Assembly: GCA_964016885.1 (NCBI GenBank)
Contig: OZ024743.1
Coordinates: 247,814,001-247,878,000, forward strand
Source: Eledone cirrhosa
Taxonomy: Eukaryota
DNA length: 64,000 nucleotides
Direction of reading: 5' to 3'
Shown piece by piece: positions 38,059 to 49,030 of the stretch. The translations under genes and the position numbers were made by a program. Numbering within the stretch: the stretch's first letter is position 1; the number at the start of each line of letters is the position of its first letter. Under the pieces are notes generated by a model. That model did not search any database. It saw only the letters and a list, made by a program, of their open reading frames with translations, and had not been told where the DNA came from.

Positions 38059-38655
38059 GTAAGCAGTTTCCTCCCAAGCTGTTAGTTCACGCGGGATTCT
38101 CTGCTACACTTTTTCGTAATAATACCGAACAACGTACTGCTGGTCACTCCTTCCTCCAAAAGCCGTACAAAGCGGATATATGCATCGGGCAGGTGGATCG
38201 GGTGCAAATCTACACCAGGCCTACACGAGAAATTCTCAAGGGACTGCACCGACAGGGATAGAGAGAAAGAGTAACTTAGTGGAAAGAGTGCGAATAAACT
38301 TTTGAGGGAAGTAGCCTACGCCTTACTGCTATTGCACTGGAACCTTCTGCCAACTTAACCTGTGACTTTCTCTTTCACATTTACTCCAATAGGCCAAAAC
38401 AGAGGAGTATGAAAAGAAGGGGCTCAACAATATTTCTATGAACAATGCACGTAGCCAGCTAAACTGTACTTTCAACTTCTTAATTTTCTCCAAATAAAAC
38501 AAGTTTCCCGTCGGTATATTTTCGTGAGTTTTTAACAGGCACTCACAAATAAACGTTTCTGATTGGAGGTGCTATTACCAATGTTCTTACCCGTGCAACG
38601 CCGGGATACACTGCTAGTATATATACACACACACAGATACACACATACAGACAGG

Positions 38656-38718
<63 letters not shown>

Positions 38719-39134
38719 TGTATATTACACATATATGTAAACACCAGGAGAAATTGCTAATTAACAAATGTAAACCACGCTTAAATGTTTAGGTATAATA
38801 AATATTCTGTCAAAAGCTCATGCACCAAGTCATACTAAGATTCTTATGATTTTAAAATTACCACTTTATCATTGTGGTGACATGGGGAGAACCAATCATT
38901 ACCCCACTCCTAAAAATCCGAAAAAACTTTTTAACTGCGCCTATAAAAAAAAGGGGGCAAAAGAGAAAAAGTTAAAACCACAAGATCGACGCCCACACCA
39001 TCCTCTCCACCATCCTCACCACCGCGTATCCCATCACAACACCACCAAAACCACAAACAACACAACAAAAGCCTTATTCCCCAAATAAATGAAACATAAA
39101 CGTTACAAACTACGTAGTTTCATAAACACAGTCT

Positions 39135-39325
39135 ATCGGTCGCACTCCGACAGGTTTGCGGTCGGGTCCTTGGCAGTGGAGACTTCTGGTGTCCATGGCA
39201 CTAGGGCCACCTCCCTGCTCATCACCATCGACACAGAGTTGGCCACTCGCAGGTGTGAGCCTCGCGAGCTGGAATGACTCACCCCTCATCATCCTCCGTG
39301 GAAACACCTTTTCTATTCTGCCCGC
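39135..39325 (+). mobile_element. CRE-like non-LTR retrotransposon, restriction-like endonuclease C-terminal remnant
   Basis: LAVETSGVHG...EPRE...IILRGNTFSIL resembles the AVETxG...QRGNAxSIL pattern. Confidence 0.55.
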
Positions 39326-39459
39326 CGGTGCCGCGGCGCGTCTAGCGCGTGGGTCCACATTTGCTCACAATAGTGAGAAATGGGGAGAGCAGGAGAGACG
39401 GAGGCAATGATAGTGGGAATTTGGTTCTTTTGTGTTCGGACATGGTGTATATATGTGTA

Positions 39460-41400
39460 TATAAGAAAGAATGAGTCTAAAAGCTGTTTCTTGTCATGAA
39501 GTACATACAAGACACAAGCACCAGTCATACCTAGTTTGCAACACCCACATACAGATGATACAAAGAATACGAGATACAATTACACCCCAAAACAAGATTC
39601 TTACAAGAAATCGGTGATTTCCGAGGGTACATCATCAGGGCCGGATTTAAGGGAGAGAAAAGGGGGAGATTGCCACGCCCTTCTCTCACAGCAAGGGGCC
39701 CCACCAGTGACGGCCCTAGCAATTTATTCCCCACCAGTACAAGAAGTGAGACAATAAAATAAGTGTGGTGAGAGATCAGCGGCTACAGTGTTTGGCAATA
39801 TAATGGAGACAATATAGTGTTTAAGGGAAAGCTTTTCTGGCCGAGCATGGGATAACCTCTTTAGTACTAGTACCATGAGACCAGTACATCATGTAAATTG
39901 TTAGTGTTAGTGCCTTGATAGAATACATAGTCAACTGTGTAAAGTGGTTCTGCAAAAACAATGCATCCAATAAACACTCTAACGTGGTTATGTTTAGAAG
40001 AGCATCCAGCCATAGAAACCATGCCAAATATGTATGAGCAGGATGAGGTCACTCCATTATGTCTGGTCTCGGACTGTGACAACATATCCAACACCTGCCA
40101 GTGTGGAAAGTGGACGTAACATAAGGATGGTTTAATTTCTTTGAATTTAATACCTGTATGTACAACCTTTCAATTCCAGTTACTTGTTCGAAGTCATCTT
40201 TGTTATGTAAAATTGGGGGTTTGCTGGTATATGTGGAGCCCTCCAAACCTGAAGTGCCCCGGGCCTCCCAAGGTTTAAATAAATCCAGCCTTGGACATCA
40301 CTAAGCGTTTACTTGGTGATTTACTGGTGGAAACACCTCACATTAACCGGAAGGATGGACAAGCCGTCCGTTCACACAAAACAAGGTAAGTGTGTAGCGA
40401 AATCTCTTCACACACTGACTCCCAGATGACACCTAGCTGTCATTTTCTCTGTTATCTGAATTGGCGTCAGTTTGTCTGGAGTCCGAGGTCAGTTTGAGGT
40501 GAAGAGAAAATAACTTTTGTTTTCAGACAGTCTACTCTGGCCCCTCGCAACAGACGCATCAAATCAATCTGCTCAAGCAACTAGCAAGATGAGGCACTTA
40601 GTAAAAACTTCGGCCCTCTCGACAAAGGCCCAGCAACATCCTTCCATCTACATTTTAACACATCAACGAAGTTGAATCAAACTACCCGAGCCATGTAAGT
40701 CACAGGCAACATCTCGCCGCCCTGCCTGTGGGCAGGGCCATTAGAAATAGAGCCAACCAAGGCACGTGTATCGCAACTTGTATCACTGCGCGCACACATT
40801 CATCCTACCCAAACATATCTCACTCACATTCCTCGTGCAACACACATTTCCCCTTCGTTGTTTGTTGTTCATATCTTTTGGCTATTAGATGTTAAATCAT
40901 GTGATTCCGTCGTGAAATACTTCACAATAAATCTCATATAAAAGTAGCGGGTGTTTTCGTTCTTCTTCCACACACCTAGCAATGTGATCGGGGAAATCAC
41001 TTTCTCCACGGATAAAACACATTTGCTTTCCAACAGATGTACACATTGGTTACCTATCGCAACTATCTACAACTAGTACACATCATCATCATCATCATCA
41101 TAATTGACTCATCTACTACAGTGAGAGCTATCACTCACAACCTCACGCAAACGTACCGTTACAAGTATTCTCTTAAAATCCTGGTTTTACTCAGAATAAG
41201 CAGTGTGAATATTCGTAGCTTTGGAAGTAGAGTCACTTGCTTAAAGACCTCAGATCACGAAATCGGTCATTGGCGATCGTTGCTGACTTATATCGAACAA
41301 CTGTTGTCAAGAGTGGAACAAATCCAGCAATCATCTGAGTTCATCGTGAGTATCGCCCCGCCACTTTCCTTTAACCGGAAAGGACAGGCAGTTTTGAACT
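39460..41400 (+). mobile_element. Highly decayed I-group (Nimb/Ingi-like) LINE: ORF1 and the start of the endonuclease
   Basis: KRLLGDLLVET and VRSHKT (cf. KKLRSGDLLVE, PHKTLNS) immediately after the MITE; LRISSVNIRSF resembles an APE start. Confidence 0.4.
39636..40293. mobile_element. hAT MITE containing an RTE-tail repeat
   Basis: TIR cagggccggattta / taaatccagccttg; 8-bp TSD tacatcat/gacatcac. Confidence 0.7.
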
Positions 41401-42493
41401 GCTAAGTAACTGTGACAAAAGAGGCTGTATAGTGGACGTGACTGGGAAAGCTGAAGACTTTGGTCAGCCCCTCATTAACTTTTTCAAATTTCACTTGAAG
41501 AGGAAAATCAAGATGGAGAGGTGAGTGCTACCTTCCAGTCAGGTGGACAAGTGTATCAAGCATGGCCTGAGTGAATAGGCCAGCTTTGATATACGCCTGT
41601 AAATTGGAGAAAAAGAACTGAGAGAATGCACTTGCCCATAGCTTTTATGAAATTTTCTAGGAGTGGCCCCCGGAGGTTTCCTTCCTATTGAAGAATTTTC
41701 TTTGTCATAATTTTATTGTTACCTTCTTTTTGTTTTATATATCTCCTGTTTGCATGCCCCCCCCCTCCCCCCACGTCTTTAATGTTTTCTTCATGTAAAT
41801 TCATTGTGGTTAATTATTATCATTATTAGGTAGATTGACAGTATTGGCAGAGCGTCGGACACTATGATTTTCAGCAAAGAGTTACGGCTCTTTACGTTCT
41901 GAGTTCATATCCCGCTGAGGTTAGCTTTTCCTTTCATCCGTACGGGGTCAATAAAATAAATCACCAGTAATTCACTGGAGTCGATTTAATCGGCTTTCCC
42001 CACCCCCTAAATTGCTGGCCTTGTACTTATAGTAGAAATCATTATTATTATTGTTATCAACCCCGTAAGGATAAAAGCCGATGTTAGCTTTGCCTTTCAT
42101 CCTTACGGGGTCGATAAAATAAAGTACCAGTTACGCACTGGGGTCGATTTAATCGACCCCCCCCCCCCCCCAAAAAAAAAATTGATGGCCTTGTGCCTAT
42201 CTAAGAAACCATTATTACCCTGATTAACATAATTTTTATACGTGGTAGCAAATTCAAATATTCGGTTTACTTGATAAACTATATACACCGTTAGCTTATT
42301 GCTACACGTAGGCACCAGCTCTCTTCAACTAGTCAAACGATGTAAAATTCATTCTATTTATTCCATCTGTAAACCTGTACCAAGTGAAAATGTCATGTCA
42401 TTCTCTATTTTGAAAAAAGTATTTGGAATATCTTAGTTTTTAAAGATTCCGGAATGGGGTGAAACCAGAGATTCGTTGCTTAAACTTTTGTAC

Positions 42494-42555
<62 letters not shown>

Positions 42556-42594
42556 ATATTAAATAAATGGAAACTATATTTATAAAACCATATT

Positions 42595-42657
42595 TATTTT
42601 ATTATATATATTTCAAGGGCACCAAAACACTTTGGTACGCTTTCTTCAGATAAAATA
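42595..42657 (-). ncRNA. Minimal type-I hammerhead ribozyme, intact core
   Basis: UAUUUUAU-CUGAAGA-AAGCGUACCAAA(GUGU)UUUGGUGCCCUU-GAAA-U(AUAU)A-UA|AUAAAAUA: 8-bp stem I, ~11-bp stem II, palindromic minimal stem III. Confidence 0.78.
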
Positions 42658-42763
42658 CAAAGTTTGTTTTATAAATAGAGACATACCCAGGAAAATCATA
42701 CCTTATCAGTTGAATATTCCCTGGGTAGTCCTATATCTATCTATATATATATATATATATATA

Positions 42764-42870
42764 TAGTGTCCCCAAATATGTATGTATACACACTTTGAAT
42801 ATCTATTAAAATGTTATTAAAGTGTGTATACATTTAGTGTGTGTGTGTGGGGGGGGGGGGGCACCCTGTA
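42764..42870. mobile_element. Small Tc1/mariner-like MITE remnant
   Basis: TA-flanked, tatagtgtcccc...gcaccctgta, internal inverted tatacacacttt/aaagtgtgtata. Confidence 0.45.
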
Positions 42871-43560
42871 TATATATATATATTATGCATGAGTTTCACT
42901 TGGGGATTTTCAGACACAAAGACACACATATAGAGTTCACGAATAACAAATCGAAAACAGAGAAGCAATAAAACAAAATCTTATTAATTTTACGCTTGTT
43001 GGAAAAGGAAAAATAAATGTTTTAACGTATCGAGCGTTAGACTTTCGCCATGAAAGAGCAAAGTTCGGAGAACGAAGGCGTTGGAAGGCTGGAAAAATGT
43101 ATTTTTTTAGGATGGATGAAAAGGGAAGGCAAGTTGTTCGGCGTGTGGGAGGGTGGGCACCAATGTAGAGAGTCCGGGTCTATCATTGGTACTGTTATGC
43201 ATGAATAGATGAAGTGTATTTCGTGGGTGTGTGATTCTTTATATTATTTCTTCTTTGTATGTGTGTGCCTCTTGTATTGTCGTTGACAGGAGTGTGTGTG
43301 TGTATGTGTGCATGTTTACGTATGAATCGGTGTGTTTATAGGTGTTACCTGTGTGTGTTTGAGTGAGTTTATGTGGTTATTAGTGTGTATATGCGTGTGT
43401 ATGTGTATACCAAATGAATATTTATATATATATATATATATATATATAAAGAATTAGTATATCTACTAACATATATATACAGATGCATACTTATGCCAGC
43501 AAATATATAGGTTTTGTCTTAGTAACTTTGTGGTTCAATGCATGGGGATGCAGAACAATA

Positions 43561-43712
43561 ATATGAAAGACGTAAAATAAGAAAATTATAAAAATGAACT
43601 TACTTACTAAAATTTCACTCCAATTTATTCCCTTTCAGAAACTAATTAGTTGGAGTGAAATTTTAGTAAGTAAGTTAATTTTTATAATTTTCTTATTTTA
43701 CGTCTTTCATAT
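43561..43712. repeat. Long fold-back inverted repeat next to (TA)n
   Basis: ~63-bp arms: atatgaaagacgtaaaataag...ctccaa / ttggag...cttattttacgtctttcatat. Confidence 0.9.
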
Positions 43713-44755
43713 ATATATATATATATATATATATGACAGAGAGAGAGAGAGAGAGAGACCTTGTAACCAAAGTTTTGGTAGTTGGTTGAGAGGAGGTGGT
43801 TAGAGAGTTTAGATATATATTGAAAGACTGTATTCCAAAGAGGAAGGCATTAAAGGCAAACAAGTCTACTTCAGCACACATGTACACGTTTCATTTACAT
43901 TGGAAAGAAACGTTTCGTTCACATTGGTTTTCTTTGCAACAGCCGTCTCTTTGTTATAGACATTTCGTTAGGTACCTTGTTATTTTTTTACACTTTATTG
44001 ACACATTTTGCCGAAAGACTCCCGTATTTTGTATATATAAAAAGACGAGGTTTAATGCTTAACTAGTTCATTGTTCACCGTCGTCATCAGGAACAATCTA
44101 AGAATAGATCTATTTTCTTTAAGGCTAATAATATGGAGTTATATAACTGCTATCGGTTAGTCAATATATCGATATTCAACCATTGAAACGATCGTAAAAC
44201 AATGAAATAATTAAGTACTAAACCTCGTCTTTTTTGTCTTCATTGTTCAACATATACATCTGATACTGTAGTTCTTTTGAATACGCAACACAATCTAATA
44301 TGGTGCCATCCTTCCACAGAAACAAAAACATTTTTCACCTTGCTCCATTGGGATATTCATAAACAAGCGCCAGCTTTGACCAACATCCAGAAACAACCGA
44401 TAAGTGTTTGCTTCTAGCCTACTGTACTAATTTCTGAAAATAGTGATCTGAAAATAGTGAATATTACCAGAATACTAATCCAGATGAGGGCGTGCATTGT
44501 AAAGCTAAACTTGTGTGCTAAATACACAGGTGCCGGTCTTGTAAAAAAAAAAACGATTTGATAGAACTGCTATAAATATTTCACGGCTATACGAAATAAC
44601 CGTTTTCATCTTTTGTGAACTGAAAGAGAAAAAGGAGAAAAAGAAATGGCAGTTTTAAATTCTTTTATTTTTTTCCCCAATGTGGGTTTTATTTTGCTAA
44701 TGCAGTCGTCCAAGAAACACGAAATGAACAAATGAAACGAAAATAGTGTCAAATT

Positions 44756-44873
44756 TAGGGTTGCATTGATTAATCAGCAGATTATCGGCCATGTTACCGA
44801 TTAAATGGAATCGGTCGATAAGCTAAAGCCGATTAATTAATAATCGACCAATTTGCTTATCGGTGTATCCCTA
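44756..44873. mobile_element. hAT-type MITE downstream of the ASB stop codon
   Basis: TAGGG...CCCTA imperfect TIRs; TSD gtcaaatt/gtcaaaac; internal ATCGG/CCGAT subterminal motifs. Confidence 0.7.
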
Positions 44874-45172
44874 GTCAAAACACAAACGTAAGATGCATAA
44901 ATATATATCCATACAAAAATAAAACTGTTAATATTCACATCGATTAAATGATAGTCCTGTTGTTAGCAGAAACAGTTGAGCACCAGGTTAAATACTTCGA
45001 AGTATTTAATTTTCGTTTCTCCATTCTGAGGGGTCAACTTTGGGTTTTACTCCTCACGTTCAGGTTGATAAAATAAACACCAGTATTAAATGGAAGTTGA
45101 TTCAATCGACTAAATTCCATTCCAAAAAACGTTGGCTTTGTGCAGAGTCCAAAGAAATTTATATTAATGTTG

Positions 45173-46291
45173 TCAAGACACATTTTCTGAAATCCAGTCG
45201 GACATAGCTATATAGGATTTAATAGATTTAGGTAGCGGTAACCTTTCAATAAATGGGTTGATGTTTGTGTCTCCACTTATTTCATTTAATTTAGAACGAA
45301 TTGATGTTCGACATATTTCACTGAGTGTACAGGGTGTTTTAACACGATGACGTAACCAGTCGAGAAGATTTCGTCTGGCACTTGAAATGTCCGAACCCGG
45401 TTGAACGAGTCTCATAAATGAACGAGAGAAGCTGGGTACACGCCGTGAACACTGATCAATTTCCTCATAACTTATCGAGTAGCCGGCTAAAATATAAAGT
45501 TTTACTAATCGGGTTTCACACCGATCAAACATATCAACGAGAAGACTGCGACTGTAACGTCCACGTTGTTCGATGCGGCATCCATCTAGAATAAGCAAAA
45601 CAGCAACGTCTGTCTGATCAATGGAAACAGCAGCTGATAGATGAGACCAAACCCCATCACTGTGACTCAGAAGACAATCATATTGAATGAAATATTTCAG
45701 AATCGAACCTATGTTGTAGCTATTCCGTGATGCAATTCGATGGTAAAATATTGCTGTAAGGAAAGGTGACATGTTATTTCTTTGTATTAAGTTCGTGTCA
45801 GCACCATATTCCAGTAGACTAGATATCATGGCTTCATTGCCAATTCGAATAGCTTCATATAATGGAGACCATTGGCAGCAGTTAAGGGCATTCACTGAAC
45901 CACCACATTCACAAAGCATAGACACCAACTGATCGAGGTTTGAGCGAGTGGCTCGGTGCAATGGTGTATTGTGTTGCATGTCACATGTATTAACATCACA
46001 GCCAAGAGCGATAAGGCATGTTGCTATATCCATTTGTCTATAGTGGCAAGCAACGTGTAAAGGTGTCTGTCCCTGGTTGTCTATAGCATTCACATCAAAG
46101 TTAGCTTCAACGAGCAAACACAATATCTGTAGGTTCCCATTTTCAGCAGCATAATGTAAAGGAGTCCGACCTGATTTGTCGCGGTGGATATAATTAATGC
46201 ATTTGCTTTCCAACAACTCTTGGACATTTGAAAGACGTCCGTCTTTGGTGGCTTTAATCAAAGACCAGTCACCTTCGGCAGATTCAGGCAT
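45173..46291 (-). CDS. Ankyrin repeat and SOCS box-containing protein (ASB family), 372 aa ORF; may extend 9 codons to a splice acceptor at 46319-46320
   Basis: Several TPLH-type ankyrin repeats (GRTPLHYAA, GQTPLHVAC, NTPLHRAT, WSPLYEAI); C-terminal SOCS box PCTLSEICRTSIR...LPLPKSIKSYI; pyrimidine tract + AG 27 nt upstream of the ATG, in frame (AFGEELKEK-M). Confidence 0.92.
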   Translation of the reverse strand: MPESAEGDWSLIKATKDGRLSNVQELLESKCINYIHRDKSGRTPLHYAAENGNLQILCLLVEANFDVNAIDNQGQTPLHVACHYRQMDIATCLIALGCDVNTCDMQHNTPLHRATRSNLDQLVSMLCECGGSVNALNCCQWSPLYEAIRIGNEAMISSLLEYGADTNLIQRNNMSPFLTAIFYHRIASRNSYNIGSILKYFIQYDCLLSHSDGVWSHLSAAVSIDQTDVAVLLILDGCRIEQRGRYSRSLLVDMFDRCETRLVKLYILAGYSISYEEIDQCSRRVPSFSRSFMRLVQPGSDISSARRNLLDWLRHRVKTPCTLSEICRTSIRSKLNEISGDTNINPFIERLPLPKSIKSYIAMSDWISENVS

Positions 46292-46661
46292 TTTCTCTTT
46301 TAATTCTTCTCCAAAAGCCTACAACTAATCGAAACAAAAACAAGAATTAAACCACAAGAAAATAAAATGTAATTCATGAATAAAGAAACAAGTCAATAAA
46401 AAAGAAAAACAAATAAAAAAGAATCAGAAAAAAAGAGACGGAAGAGAGCCATATCACTTATAAAGCTAAGCTGAAGACTTGGAGGTCTGCAAGGACTAGG
46501 GATCTGTCAATGTTTTGCCGACGCACTGATACCTGCTAGTACTAGCGGGGTGAAAGATTTAAATACCAGAGTGAGGTTGAAAAACGTGAAACCCTAGCGG
46601 CCCGACTATGGGTTAATATAGCCAAGGAGAGAAGATCCGCACACCCAATTACACACTAAAA

Positions 46662-47186
46662 CAGTTCCCGAAAATGTTTCCTCTGGGCCGCATTTTCGGA
46701 ATGAAAATTTGCTCACGCCTCACCAAATTTTATGTGATAAAAAGTACATTTAAAAATAAAAAACAACGACATATAACATAAATAACTTATAATATGATTA
46801 AAGTACACACATTTAATGAAAGGTACCAGCTTGTTGTTGACGTGTAATCTCCTTTATATTAGGCCTAATTTGAGATAAACAAACTCTCATCATTTCACCA
46901 ACACAAAGAAGCCTTTCCCTTTTTTGGCTTTTTGATATTTGTCAGAACTGAAAATCCTTGTTCACAACAATATGTCATGGAGAACTGCAGAAGAATGGAT
47001 AATGCTTTTGAAGAGACATATGGATATTGTTTCTGGTTGTATATCCATAATAATATTTTAAATTTTTGGAACCATATTTATTTTTGGCATATTAATTTTT
47101 TGAAACTGTTTCTAAATTTTTAATTGTCTTTGAATCATTCCGCATCACCTGCTATCCTCTTCCGCCGCACCGTTTGGGAACCACTG
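46662..47186 (-). mobile_element. Short Buster-type hAT deletion derivative with a dimerisation-domain remnant
   Basis: Perfect 8-bp TSD cactaaaa; end gggaaccactg; YPYVSSKALSILLQFSMTYCCEQGFSVLTNIK on the - strand. Confidence 0.85.
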
Positions 47187-47927
47187 CACTAAAACATGGA
47201 ATACTAGTACCGCCCTAAAAAAATGTTTGAGTCCAACTAAGACATAAACAAAAGTTAATCTTAACTATTTAAACACTTTTTTTATAAAATGTGTTAAGGA
47301 CACAATTTTAATATGCAACAATTAAATTATTATATATGTACTCACTAAATGTAATTTACGTTTTTAGTATTAAATCGAACATAAAAAAGTTATATATAAA
47401 TACTAACAGCAGAATGAATCCTCAATAAAAATTTATTTTTATGTTTAATATGCTAGCGCCTGTCAACCTTTTCATGTTGACTTTTCATGCCAGCATAGGT
47501 TGGACGGAAAATTTTAAGGCAATGTTTATCGCTGTATACCAATGCTTTATGTCGCTTCTTACGACATACAGTGATATGCTGTACCTATTCTCTCTTTCTC
47601 TCTCTCTCGTTATATACAGACATATGCTCACGTGTGTATGTATAGACCCGTAACTCCTAATGGAGTGGTAGGGGTGCCATCGTAACATTTAGCGTGTCTA
47701 GGGCACTTTAAACCTGGTGGAGCCCATCCCTCTCTAAATCTGAACACAGCCGAGTGATTAGAGAGAGGTGGGGGCGAGGGGAGAATCGATCACATTACCA
47801 GACTATTACATTTTTTATGGACTTCGAAAGGATGAAAGTTGACCTTGAATTTGAATTCACAGCGCCGCACCGTTTGGGAACCACTGCACTAAAACACATG
47901 GAATACTAGTGCCTCCCTAAAAAAATG

Positions 47928-49030
47928 CCTGGTGGAGGGTATTCGCTTGGTTGCACGTCTCTGAACAGTTTCCAGTCGGTCAATGTTCTGAGCAAGATAA
48001 GGGTTCCAGACAGGTGATGCAAATTCTAAGTGTGGCCGCACCATAGCTGTATATAGCTTTAAATAGATGGCTGGAGAGCGGCTGACAAAGGTCTTGCTGA
48101 GTGATGCTAAGACACCCTCGGCCTTCTTGACACGCAAATCGCTGCTGACCGTAATGCCCAGATCACGTTCACAAGAAGACTTCTTGATATTAGAGTTGTG
48201 GAGGGAGTATGAGAGCGCTGGGTTTTTACTCCCAAAATGCATGGTGGTACACTTGTCCACAGCCAGCTTGAGTTGCCAGTCTGTGATCCATTGTTGCATT
48301 GTGTCCAGGTCAGATTGCAGGCAAGATCTATAGTGTTCAGGATCTGTCCTTTTTATCTCAAGGTACAGCTTGATGTCATCTGCATATTTCAGTACTGTGG
48401 CATTCTTTAAGTTGGCATCTATGTCATTAATATATGCCACAAACAAAAGGGGGCCAAGAACAGATCCCCGTGGTACACCAGATGACATCTCATATGGTGA
48501 GGAATGCTGTCCTAGAACCGTGACTACCTCACTTCGACTGAGAATGAAGGACTTCAACCAGATAAAAAGACCATCCTTCACACCCATTGCAGAGAGTTTT
48601 GCCATAAGTCTCTTGTGTGGCACAGAATTGAAAGCTTTAGCAAAGTCAAGGTAAACAACATCCACCCATGAGCCGCCATCGGTGATCCGGGTGATGTCTT
48701 CAAGAAACTCGATAAGTTGATCACAGCAGCTAGAGTTAAGGATAAATCCAAATTGCGAGGGCCGGATAAGACTGTGAGAGTTCCCGAAGTTCCAAAGCCT
48801 TTCTCTGACGCAGGATTCCATCAATTTGGCAATGCAACTAGTAAGACTGACTGGACGATAGTTCACAGGTGATGTGCGGTCACCCTTTTTGAACAGAGGA
48901 ATGACACTGGCAGTTTTCCACTGCTCCGGAGTAGCACTGTTGTTCAGACAGAATTGAAAGAAGAGTGATAGCTGGTGCAGAAGGAAGTACCCACCATGTT
49001 TGAGAAGCAGGTACGTAACACCATCAAGAC
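47928..49030 (-). mobile_element. CR1-clade LINE RT fragment (within ORF 47889-49190)
   Basis: NYRPVSLTS, VDVVYLDFAKAFNSVPH, GSVLGPLLF, YADDIKL, ERDLG, RPHLEFASPVWNP. Confidence 0.92.

Noticed and set aside
40300-41405. Spliced + strand gene suggested by donors at 40386 and 40695 and acceptors at 40526 and 41036
   Set aside because: The middle exon has stops in all three frames and the region resembles a decayed I-group LINE; a lncRNA cannot be excluded
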